From assembly GCA_000165425.1 (NCBI GenBank), contig CT868274.1:372001-436000 (forward strand): a stretch of DNA of 64,000 nt. Direction: 5' to 3'. The stretch comes from Paramecium tetraurelia. Its lineage: Eukaryota. Shown here in pieces: positions 53,023-64,000 of the stretch; the first letter of the stretch is position 1, and each line of letters opens with the position of its first letter. The position numbers and the translations under genes are program-made. The notes beneath the pieces are model-generated. The model saw nothing but the letters and a program-made list of their open reading frames with translations. It did no database searches and had not been told where the DNA came from.

Positions 53023-54482
53023 TCATCTTTTCTTGGTTACCACTACAGCCTACTTAGGTAATTTAGTATCCATTATTTCATGTTTAGGTCTCTTTATTGA
53101 AACTCCTTTCTTGTTAGCCGATGCAGTGTTAACCTTCACACTCTTTTTTGGTTTAATAGAATCCTATCCTTTAGGTGAAGTGGGATGGTTTTATGACTTT
53201 TCTTACAACACATCTCCATTCTCTTATAATTGAGTAATTCCACCACACTTTTGCTCCTCATTATTCTCAAGTAAGTGTAATTATCCAAATTAAGCAGCTA
53301 TAGATCCTGTTACATAGTATTCTTTCATAGATTGATTTACTGATGACTTCACAGATTAAATGTTAAATTCCCCGCTTTGTTTTTCTACCTTCTTAGGTGA
53401 TTCCTCAAATTAATCTCGAGGTGAATTCTCATTTTTTTGAGTATTACTCTACCCTCCTTCTAAATATTAGAATGATTCTTTATGAACCTGTAAAACTTCA
53501 TCTTAAATTTTATATGTTTCTTTGTTTATTTCCTGCAAATTTGTAGTTTATTCATATTAGTTCTCCTATTCTTCATATTATTCAACCTTTGGTTCATCAA
53601 CTTATTATTGAATCTGAAATAGTTAAATGAATGATTAATTCAATTCAGTCATAGTTGGTCTGCAATTCGGATCTGCCTCTAACATTTACTTTACGACATT
53701 CTTCAACACTTATCCATTTCTCACTCCAAAATCCTCTATCATTGATTATATCACATCTATCATATATATAAATTTTATATACCTTCATTTATTTTGTAAT
53801 TCTATTTATCGTATATCTCTTGAATGTTACCACAACCCCAAAACTCCAAAGCTATCAAACCTAATTGGAACACTTCATTCTTCTCGTGATTATATTAAGG
53901 TCTGAGCTCCTTCGCTCCTAAAGCAGCAAGCAATTCTGGTGATAAATACCATAAACTATCACCTGACAAAATTCTTTTGTAATGATTATATCCAGTTAAT
54001 TGAGTGCAATTGTTCAATTTTATCTAACCCTATATCCTTTCAATTAAAACATGATCTGGTGTCAAATTTCCATGGACAATGTTGTGTCCATATAACTTAC
54101 TCAAAGTCTCTGTCAGACCCTTCAAAACAAATAAACAATTTATTGATGCCTATTTGCAGATCTGTCTTAAAGTAATATCATAGTATTCAAATAAGGCAGT
54201 GACTTTATAAAAAGTACTACATAAATTGGTTTCCTCCTGGGTGTCAACCTCTACCAACTTTACTAAATGATCAATTTCATTCAGCGATTTAGTTTCATTG
54301 AGTATCTTACATAAACTGGTGTACTCTTCATAACTCTAACAAGTCTTTGAAATCATTGCGTATTATTTTGATTAGGATTCAATTAATTTGAAGGATCCAT
54401 AAATTTCATTTTCCTTATAACCCAATATCTTAAAGTTCTTTGATTAAACAATTCCTTGTGCCACAGATTATTCTGCACCCAT
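53023..54482 (-). CDS. N-myristoylation-candidate pseudokinase with low-complexity C-tail
   Basis: MGAEQS. Kinase fold with HGNLTPDHV in place of HRD, IKLNNC in place of DFG, YLSPE, EVFQLG. No Gly-rich loop or VAIK Lys. TGA 53023-53025. Confidence 0.85.
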
Positions 54483-54992
54483 TTAGACAAAAAAATATAT
54501 ATAATAATAATTAATAATTTTAACAGATAAATAAAAAATATCAGTTAAATAATCAAATAAAATATCTTATATTTGGTTATAATTTTGGGCATTTATTTCT
54601 AAACATATTCATTTCCATTTTTAGTGAAAACCTTTGAAGGTTCAACATTATTTATAGCAAACATAAATTTTATTAAAAATAATAACTTATCCAGCTCTCT
54701 TATATATGTGATAATACAACGATTTATATTTTGATTTATTTTTTCATATGAATGATGTCTAAAATTATTTCATTTGACTATTTAAATGTGAATTATTTTG
54801 ATTTAAATTTTTACAATCTATTTTATCTCTTTGTATATATATTTAATCTTGTATCCTTGATTTTTTTATTAGATACCTATTTAATTCAATCTTATTAATA
54901 TTAGTTTTAAATTTGTGAGATATTTTTACTTTTTAGAGAATATTTGATTCATCCTTAAGTAATTTAGAGAATAATAATAATTACATTAAATA

Positions 54993-55635
54993 ATGGGAAG
55001 CTCGCATTGTTGTTCTCTCTAATCAGATGATAAATCAGAAATTGTTCTTAAGATTGAAGACACTGAGAAGTCGTCCCTAAGGTCTTCAAGGAAATCTCCA
55101 AAAAAGTAACAAGAGTAATGTTTACTCCAATTTAAGGACTCCTTCGCAAAAGGAGAAACTACTAGTGCATCCAAATAAATGTGAAGATCCTGCAACTCCT
55201 GGATTTGCAGATTTACAGTCTTTCGGAAGCAAGCACTCTGAATAATCCTGCAAAGACATTTAGCTTGTTGCAGAAATTGTTATGAATTTAGAGGACATAC
55301 CAAAGAAGATAGAAGAAGTATAGCAAAGTCCAATCACTTCTTAACGATCTTTGAAGAAAAGAAGAAAGAATGACTCTCCTCTCTGCGATTTTTAACCTAA
55401 GAATTCCTTAAAATCTTTCGATTCGAAGAAATTAAATAAATTAAAATCGTTATCAGAGCACAGAGTTAAATTCGAGGAGAAGAGTGATAACGAAAGCAAT
55501 AGAAGTAATAGTGCAGACAATAAATCTGTAAAAAGCATAATGAAATAAGAATTAAAATATAGTTAATTTCGAAAGATGCAAACTCTAGGGGATGCAGAAT
55601 CAAGAAAGAAAGTCCACTTCCAACTAAACAAATGA
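54993..55635 (+). CDS. Disordered S/K-rich protein, MGSSHCC N-terminus, with RVxF/SILK-like motifs
   Basis: One intron (~55115-55136). Motifs HRVKF, KSIMK and RKKVHF just before TGA 55633-55635. Confidence 0.8.
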
Positions 55636-56887
55636 TCTATTTCATACAAAATTTCTTGTATGTTATTTTTCCTTAAAAAATGCATTTAGAAAACTAATAC
55701 CATATTATAATAAATATTTAATATTTCCAACAACAATTTATATTATTTCGATTTAATAAATATATCTTTATTATCAACCTAAACTTCTCAATTTTTAAAT
55801 ATTGGGACACCTATTGATTATTAATTAACTGATATTTTTTATTAGAGCCATATATAGATTTTAACTATTCCTTGAAATCTAGTTTCTCTATTAAATGATT
55901 TACAATCTTTGTTCAATCATAAAAATGCAGTATTTATTTGAATTTTGCATGAAAACTATGATAAATCTTATCAGTTGAATTGTTGGGGCATGATAATATT
56001 AATATATTTTGTAATTGGCTATGTTAGTAATAGAAAAGATCACGATGAAATTTTCTATTCAGACTTAAGAATATCAGGTATATTCAACTTATATTTTATC
56101 TTAAAAACCCAATCATTAATTCTAATTTTGGCAATATATATGATTAAATTTGTTGTAATGATTTAGCAACTGCGATTCCAGAAACTTAATACAATTTTTT
56201 CTTCGAATTATTATTTTCACATAAAATTATTTAGATCAATAATTGTGAATTTAATTAAAGTTGTGATAACAAACTGAGAAATGGCTTTTTTGATTCTCTA
56301 TCATCATATTCATATACGATACCTCCAAATTGCTCTTGATATTACTTTTAAACTTTTTAAAATCTAAACCTACTGTTTTTAATTTTCCTTCATCATAATT
56401 GTCTGCTTGAAATTTATTAATTCAAAGCAAATACGTTTTTCATCTAATGACTAAAATATGAGCTATTTACCCAGTTTTGACCATAAACCCTTCAATTAAT
56501 TGAAAATTTGATTTATTATATTCTCAAACTATCTAATTATATTGAAGCGTAGGCGTATCTTAACATTAATATCTATTGTTTTATATAATTTTTGTAGCAG
56601 ATATTATCAACACGATTCAGTGTTTCAATTAAATTCTTAAGTATTTTAGAAGTTTTTCAGATAGAACCATTTTACAAAGATAAAATATCAATTTTCTTCT
56701 AAGGTATCATTCTTCAAATTTAAAAGTGTTTTCTTAACTTTTTTTGTGTTACGTGCATACAGAGTATTTTACTAAATTACTATAGTAATTTTAAGTTTAT
56801 CTTTGATTAAGAACTACCTTCTAATTAGCTTATCAATTAAAGAATCATAAATTATGTTATCTCTTTCATTAATATTAAATTAAAGTT

Positions 56888-58485
56888 ATGAAAACCTAAA
56901 CTGTCAACTCACTGCATCGTATTTATGGGAAAAAGGAAAGATAACCTTAAAATTAGCAGTATATTTAATAATAATAATTCGTCATAGGACATACAGTGAA
57001 TCAAACTAAGGAATTGGTCATAAATTTAAAACAAGCTCTGGGCTTGATGAAGTATAAATGCTTTAGTAATAAGGCAGCCCAAATAATTATCAGGGCCAAA
57101 AACAAACAATATTTGAGAATGATTTTTATAAAGTAAACTTATAGAATTATTTTAAGAAACCCTTTAAACCATCTGATTTTAAGACAAGTTCTTTATTTAA
57201 CCCTTTTAAAAGACAATCTGTAAACGAAAATTATGCAGGATTATAACCTTTGTCAGAAAATAGAGTAAAGATTGGTGGCTCAAAATCCTATCGATTCAGA
57301 AAGCAGGATGTATTGCTTACATTTAATAATATAGAATTGGAAACTTTAGAATTGGGAAATAACATCTAGAGATGAAGAAGTAAAAGATGATGAAATTCAA
57401 GAGTAATATATCGATAGCCAATATCAATAATCACAGTAAGGAAATAGTTTTATTCAAATTAGACAACTCAAGTAAAAAGAGGATGAGTTAAATAACTTCA
57501 TCTAAAAGACAGGAGATGAGATGAATGATCTAAAAAATTAAATTTAAGAGCAAGAAGAAAAAATTAATATTTTGAATAAAAAAGCAGAAAAAGAAAAAGA
57601 AGTTGCTAAAAAAATGAAAGATTAGATTAGTACCCTAAGTTAAAAAAATAATAGGCTAAAGACTTAGTTACTATAATAAAAGCTAACAATTGATTAATAA
57701 ATTTAGAAATTTTCAGTAGCAGAATAAGAAATATCTGATAAAAATGACGAAATAGAAAAATTACTATTTTAAATTAAAGAAATGGAATTGAAACATAGAA
57801 ATTTGTAGATTTAAAATGAAAAAATCGAGTAATTTAAAGCCAACTTAAAATAGTAAAATTAAGAGAATGAATAATTAAAGGAGGAGCTAAGCAACTTAAA
57901 TTAAGAAAAAGATAATTAAAATCAAATTATATATGAGCTAAATTAACAGAAGGAAAATTAGTGTAACATAAATCTAGAAAAAGACCACATAATTATTGAT
58001 CTAAATGAGGAGTTAGAGAATATGAAAATTAATTTTGAAACATAGAATTAAACAATCTAAGAATTAACTAAGAATTATGATTAATTAAGTCAAAATTATG
58101 ATGCATCCAAATAGTAATTAAATAATGAAATTAAAACAAAACAAAATGAAATTATTGATTTATAAATTGAATTAGATGTCCTAAAACTTGGTGATACTAT
58201 TATAACTGTAAATGTGAAAAGTTTTAGTACAAATGTAAGTTAAACCTTCTAGATGTTATTAAGGGATAGTATCAGTGACCTTTACATACTGGCTGTTTAA
58301 AAAGGAATTCAGTATTAAATTATTTATATCTTAGCAAAGGATCACCTTTAGATTGTTGTTTACTTGTGCCATCTAAAAATATCAAATATGCTTCATCTGA
58401 ATGGAAATAAAGATTTTAAGAAATTTTCATACCAAACGATTACACTAATAAAACAATAACACTAGAATTTTGTTAGTCTAGTTGA
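56888..58485 (+). CDS. Coiled-coil protein with C-terminal ubiquitin-like (beta-grasp)-looking domain, copy A
   Basis: Introns ~56958-56986, ~57310-57334 and ~58312-58334. Long Q/E/K heptads, then TIITVNVKSFSTNVSQTFQMLLRDSISDLY. TGA 58483-58485. Confidence 0.75.
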
Positions 58486-58495
58486 TCTGATAAAA
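57368..58495 (+). repeat. Direct repeat copy 1 (~1.1 kb) of 61184-62310
   Basis: Offset 3816 bp. No differences seen by eye for ~780 bp, then scattered substitutions. Confidence 0.95.
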
Positions 58496-59801
58496 TTAAA
58501 ATTAAAAGATATATCTAATAATAATTATTATTATTACTTTAAACTTATTCATAACTTAGAAATAACTTATTTAGAAAAATAATATTATTAATTTTTAATT
58601 TATTCAACATATTTTTTTTCTGCAGTCTTGATCATAAACCCATTCATAAGTTTACATGTGAATTTCGTTTTGAAAAAGAAATAATAAGCTATGCAATTTT
58701 ACCTTATTTTTATACCTAAAGGAGGGTTAAAATAATAATTCATTGTATTACTAAATTGAAACATAATTTCAATATTTTGATATTCTTTTAATATTGCACA
58801 CATATCAGAAAAGAAGAAACTTCAGACTTTTATTCAGAAAACAGGTGATCTGGGATCAAAAAAAATATAGAAATAGCACAATAGGCACTCACCTTAACCT
58901 ATTAATATATAAGTTCTATATTTAATCTAAGATCGGAGATTCTAGCTTTAATGAAAATAATAATAATTGGATAAAAAGCACATCATGGAAAGTGCATACT
59001 ATTTCAAATTGAATAAGAGTCTATTTTTATTCTTAGAAGTTGAACAGTATAATAGGCAAGCATAAATGTTTAATTGAGTTGCTTACTTCTACCTCTACTT
59101 CAGTAACTCTTTGTTGTTTTTTATTCTTTCCTTGGTTAGTATATAGTTTTTCACATTAATAGTTTAGATTATATAAAGACGCTAATTAAATATATAGCCT
59201 AATTCTATAGTGATTATCTTACTTTAGCTACTTTAGTTATATTAATTTTACTTTAAGATATTCTCTAGTCTTTCCCTAATTTCGATAATTCAATAATTAG
59301 AATAACGAGTAAAATTGGAGCTTTCATACCATTCGTTCAATATCTTGTCTCATAATGTTTCAGCGAAATGTAAAGGATAAGATTTTTAGATCATAAACTG
59401 ATCATGTTTTAGTCCTATAATATTAAAAAATAAATGATAAAATGCTACCTCTCTTAAGTTTCAAGCTGGTTATTTGCACTATCTATCAATTTAGCATAGC
59501 TCAAATTTGAATGATATTTCCTTCATACAAAAAGTAGAATATCATAGGACAAGTTATTCTTATTATTGGTTTTATTTATTTGACTAAAAACATTATTAAA
59601 TTAAATTTTATTTTCTAAACCTTTCCTTCGCTAACAACTATTAAAAAATTATTGTAAATGATGATATTTAATATTAATTACATATTTGAGGATTAGTGAA
59701 TGAAGATCATCGCACCTTATATTAATAAATAGATTCTCATACTTTTTCAATAAAATAATTGTAAATTTGTATTATAAATAAATTTTATAAAATTCACACA
59801 T

Positions 59802-62301
59802 ATGATTGAGGAAAATCAAAGATTACTTACTCTTAATTCTCCTTACATGTCAAGGAAAAGTCTTTATAATCTCAGATTGTATAGTGATATTTAGAATTTA
59901 GATTCAATAACTAAGTGTCGCATCATAGAGCCAGTATGTCCAATCTTCCTGATCAAGAAGAACTTACAAATCAGCTGAATGGCAAAAAGGAATAGAATAA
60001 CATTTTGAATGAGGAAAATAAAAAGCTAAAAACATAGATAAAATAATATGAAGTAATTAACTAGAATTAAAAATAGAGAGACATCAAAAGTTATGAAGAA
60101 TTGATTCAAACAATGCAAAATAAAATAAATTTCAATATGATTGCTAACTAGCGAGATTAACCCTTAAATAAGAAGGACAATAGGAATCAATTTTTTTAAA
60201 AAAAAAGCCCCATATATGAAAATAAATAAAAGATTGAGAAACTGAATACTCAAATCAGAGAGCTTGCTGAAAGTACAAAAGCAAAAAATTTAACTAAACT
60301 ATCAGTATTAATTATTTACAATTAAATTTAAAGAAATAAAAAAAATTAATTACTGCTAGAAATAGAAATTCGAAATGATATTATAAAAGGATTAGATAGA
60401 AGGATTAAAGAGATAGAATAATTAGTTGATGGAAATTAAAATCTTTAGAATTTATAAAGAGTGGCTCAGTAAAGTCCAAGTTTAGAATAAAAATAATAAG
60501 AAGTCTAAACTGAAGAGGATATGAAAAAAAAGAAATAATAAATGTTTTAGGATCTTATTGTAATCAAAATATCGAATCGGTTAATTCAGCAATTAAGACC
60601 TAACCCTTTATAAAAAACATCAATCATAGAAATAACAAAATAACGAAGCAGCAGTTTTTAAATAAGTAATGAGAGTCAAATTGAACCTAGACGAGATATT
60701 AAATCTAATTCTATTATATAAGATGATAATAATGTTATTAAAAGAAACTTTTAATTAATTAAATCAATTGAAGATAAATATGTATAATTGAAACAAGCAA
60801 ACAAAAAATAAAAAAAGGAATTTCTAGACCTTAAAAACAAATTTACAAATTAAATGCAACAAAAAGAGAACGAAAAGATGCAATTTTCAAATAACGCTCA
60901 AATTAATCAAAATACAATAGCAAGGCTAACGACCGATGTTGAAACGAAGAATGATGTGATTACTAATCTAAAATAAATGATAAAAAGGCAACCGTGCATA
61001 TCTCCTCCTTGGTAGATGTAAACGCCTCGAGTCNNNNNNNNNNNNNNNNNNNNNNNNNNNNNNNNNNNNNNNNNNNNNNNNNNNNNNNNNNNNNNNNNNN
61101 NNNNNNNNNNNNNNNNNNNNNNNNNNNNNNNNNNNNNNNNNNNNNNNNNNNNNNNNNNNNNNNNNNNNNNNNNNNNNNNNNNNAGAGATGAAGAAGTAAA
61201 AGATGATGAAATTCAAGAGTAATATATCGATAGCCAATATCAATAATCACAGTAAGGAAATAGTTTTATTCAAATTAGACAACTCAAGTAAAAAGAGGAT
61301 GAGTTAAATAACTTCATCTAAAAGACAGGAGATGAGATGAATGATCTAAAAAATTAAATTTAAGAGCAAGAAGAAAAAATTAATATTTTGAATAAAAAAG
61401 CAGAAAAAGAAAAAGAAGTTGCTAAAAAAATGAAAGATTAGATTAGTACCCTAAGTTAAAAAAATAATAGGCTAAAGACTTAGTTACTATAATAAAAGCT
61501 AACAATTGATTAATAAATTTAGAAATTTTCAGTAGCAGAATAAGAAATATCTGATAAAAATGACGAAATAGAAAAATTACTATTTTAAATTAAAGAAATG
61601 GAATTGAAACATAGAAATTTGTAGATTTAAAATGAAAAAATCGAGTAATTTAAAGCCAACTTAAAATAGTAAAATTAAGAGAATGAATAATTAAAGGAGG
61701 AGCTAAGCAACTTAAATTAAGAAAAAGATAATTAAAATCAAATTATATATGAGCTAAATTAACAGAAGGAAAATTAGTGTAACATAAATCTAGAAAAAGA
61801 CCACATAATTATTGATCTAAATGAGGAGTTAGAGAATATGAAAATTAATTTTGAAACATAGAATTAAACAATCTAAGAATTAACTAAGAATTATGATTAA
61901 TTAAGTCAAAATTATGATGCATCCAAATAGTAATTAAATAATGAAATTAAAACAAAACAAAATGAAATGATTTCTTTATTAATTGAATTAGATGTCTTTA
62001 AACTTGGTGATACTATTATAACTGTAAATGTGAAAAGTTTTAGTACAAATGTAAGTTAAACCTTCTAGATGTTATTAAGGGATAGTATCAGTGACCTTTA
62101 CATACTGGCAGTTTAAGAAGGAATTCAGTATTAAATTATTTATATCTTAGCAAAGGATCACCTTTAGATTGTTGTTTATTTGTGCCATCTAAAAATATCA
62201 GATATGCTTCATCTGAATGGAATTAAAAATTCTAAAAAATTTTCATACCAAGTGATTACACTAATGAAACACTAAAACTAGAATTTAGCTAGTCTAGATG
62301 A
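59802..62301 (+). CDS. Coiled-coil protein with the same C-terminal domain, copy B; spans an assembly gap so the join is unproven
   Basis: MIEENQRLLTLNSP... with intron ~59878-59901, open to the gap at 61034. After the gap the duplicated frame ends EFSQSR-TGA at 62299-62301. Confidence 0.6.
61034..61183. other. Assembly gap (150 N placeholder)
   Basis: Exactly 150 N, preceded by an atypically GC-rich, probably low-quality tail. Confidence 0.95.
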
Positions 62302-62310
62302 TTTGATAAA
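61184..62310 (+). repeat. Direct repeat copy 2 of 57368-58495
   Basis: Begins at the gap edge with AGAGATGAAGAAGTAAAAGATG, as at 57368. Confidence 0.95.
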
Positions 62311-63259
62311 ATGATGTTCAAAAGAATATATATAATAATTATTTTATTGGTCATTTTCATCTTATTAATATCTTATTCTAAATTGATAGTTTCATCTCCT
62401 TAAAAAAATAGAAGTTAGCCTCAGATTTTTGAAATCAAAATTTAAATTTTGCCATCTCGGAAGTGATTTCAATTCAGATCAATATATTGAGAAAAAGATT
62501 AAAAGAGATTCATTAGGAACCTCAATTAATAACATTACTTTTTTTGAGTTTTCGAGAAAATTAATTAAATACATTGGATTATAGGATTACTCGAAAAAGA
62601 GTTGCTATATTCAAAACTTAAAGTTATCAATACTAATATCTTATTTTATTAGTAGTTTCAAAAAGTTATAATGTAATATGAAGGAAAATCTATTAAAAAG
62701 GAATTTATTCTATTGTTTCAAGTAAACTTATTTCTAGAAGTAGAAGAATGGGTATTAGTTTGTTTTAAGCATTAATAATAAAAGAAAATTTAATAAATGC
62801 AGATATATTTAATTATCATTATCATTTTAGGTTTACCAAAAGGAATTAAGCAAAAGAAATTCTTTGCCACATTAAAATTCTTGATTTTGAATTAATTCAA
62901 AAATATAAATAATATTTTACAGTAACAAGCAGTATCAATAATCCACATTAATTATATAAAACAATTTGGATAAATCATAAGAATTAAAATAGTTCTTAGT
63001 CTAAATAATAAACAGTAGATAGATTTCTCTTTTAAACTCGACTTAATCTTGAGGTAGAAAATAAAAGCTCTTTTGAAGACTAGTTAGGCAGTTTAAAAAA
63101 GAAATTTGATTAATGTGACTGCAATCGTTTCAAACTGAAATAAGCAACAGGAGAAGGACTTAAATGAGCAAAAGGTGAACTACTTGATTAAGAATGAAAG
63201 AAATGAAATATTAAAAATTAATAAAATATGATGTTCAATTGTTGTATAATGATTTATAA

Positions 63260-63412
63260 TCACAAATTATATTTCTATTTCAAATATTCGTATTTCTACA
63301 ATTGGGATTTCAAAGTCTCTATATCATCCTTATCTAACATGGGCACTAAAGATTTTGATTTTTCAATGGGTTTAGATTTCTCTTATTCTTTAATCTCCTT
63401 TTTGCTATCCAT
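63260..63412 (-). CDS. Candidate microprotein (50 aa)
   Basis: MDSKKEIKEQEKSKPIEKSKSLVPMLDKDDIETLKSQLQKYEYLKQKYNL-TGA, with protein-like composition. Confidence 0.55.
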
Positions 63413-63428
63413 AAATTAATATATTTAT

Positions 63429-64000
63429 ATGAGTCGTATTTTAAAGAATAGTGTAATCTCTCCTATGTTTAAACGTAAAGAGACATTGACATTCGATCAT
63501 AGGGATCAATCTAGGAGATCAACCAAGCGATTTCACTCTGTTGTTCCAGTAAGGAAATTGGTATCCTTATCAACTCCACATATAAATTTGACCCATTAAG
63601 GAGAATCACGTTTTGAAAGAAAACTAAAGGAAAAATAAAAAACAATGATCACCCCTGGGACATAACTCAAAAATGATCATGGTTTATAAGATTATTTAGA
63701 CCATTTAAATTCTGTGAGAATTTTCAGGTCTCCCATGGAAGATGATGCGACAATCAAAAAAATTAAAGAGGAAGTTCAGCTATTTTAAACTGAAAGTCAG
63801 ACTACATTACAAAGATTCAAATCTTTAAAGGAATAAGGAGAGAAGCGTAAGAAGGTAAGTTTGCTGGAAACAGTCCGTAACCCCTTGGCCTAATAATATA
63901 AAAAGTTTACTGAATAAGTATATAATCTGATTCATAATCTCCATTTGTTGAAAGTATAAATTTATTTTGAGTTAGGATTATTTGAACAATTCTAGAAAAT
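63429..64000 (+). CDS. Hypothetical protein, 3'-truncated by the window
   Basis: MSRILKNSVISPMFKRKE... open to an intron at ~63954-63975 and the window end. Confidence 0.75.

Overview
This is eukaryotic, very AT-rich, gene-dense DNA of a ciliate macronuclear genome, most likely Paramecium. The evidence: TAA/TAG read through as Gln and only TGA stops (genetic code 6), introns are tiny (20-34 nt GT..AG), and intergenic spacers are often under 60 bp. The supplied ORF track uses the standard code, so it shows only fragments and antisense shadows. All gene models below were re-read by eye in code 6, and exon boundaries and some starts are approximate. About 30 protein genes are supported: a ~7.5 kb P-type-ATPase-like/guanylyl cyclase fusion, an EGF + 7TM membrane protein, a PDCT/sphingomyelin-synthase-like phosphotransferase, a TM-RING E3, a CDPK, an NT-C2 coiled-coil protein, pyruvate kinase, an HP1-like chromodomain protein, CK1, a Cys-type selenophosphate synthetase split by an artefactual gap, a Vps50-like protein, a CAMK-group kinase, a tandem cNMP-binding protein, an FHA protein, an SLFG/Ran-binding-like nucleoporin, a full CHFR-type FHA-RING-PBZ ligase, a myristoylated pseudokinase, a candidate membrane-anchored PP1 interactor and a duplicated coiled-coil/ubiquitin-like gene pair. 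Several decayed pseudogene tracts and two 150-N assembly gaps are also present. I saw no rRNA, tRNA, CRISPR array, telomeric array or transposase. No clear novel multi-gene system is evident; the best leads are individual domain architectures.
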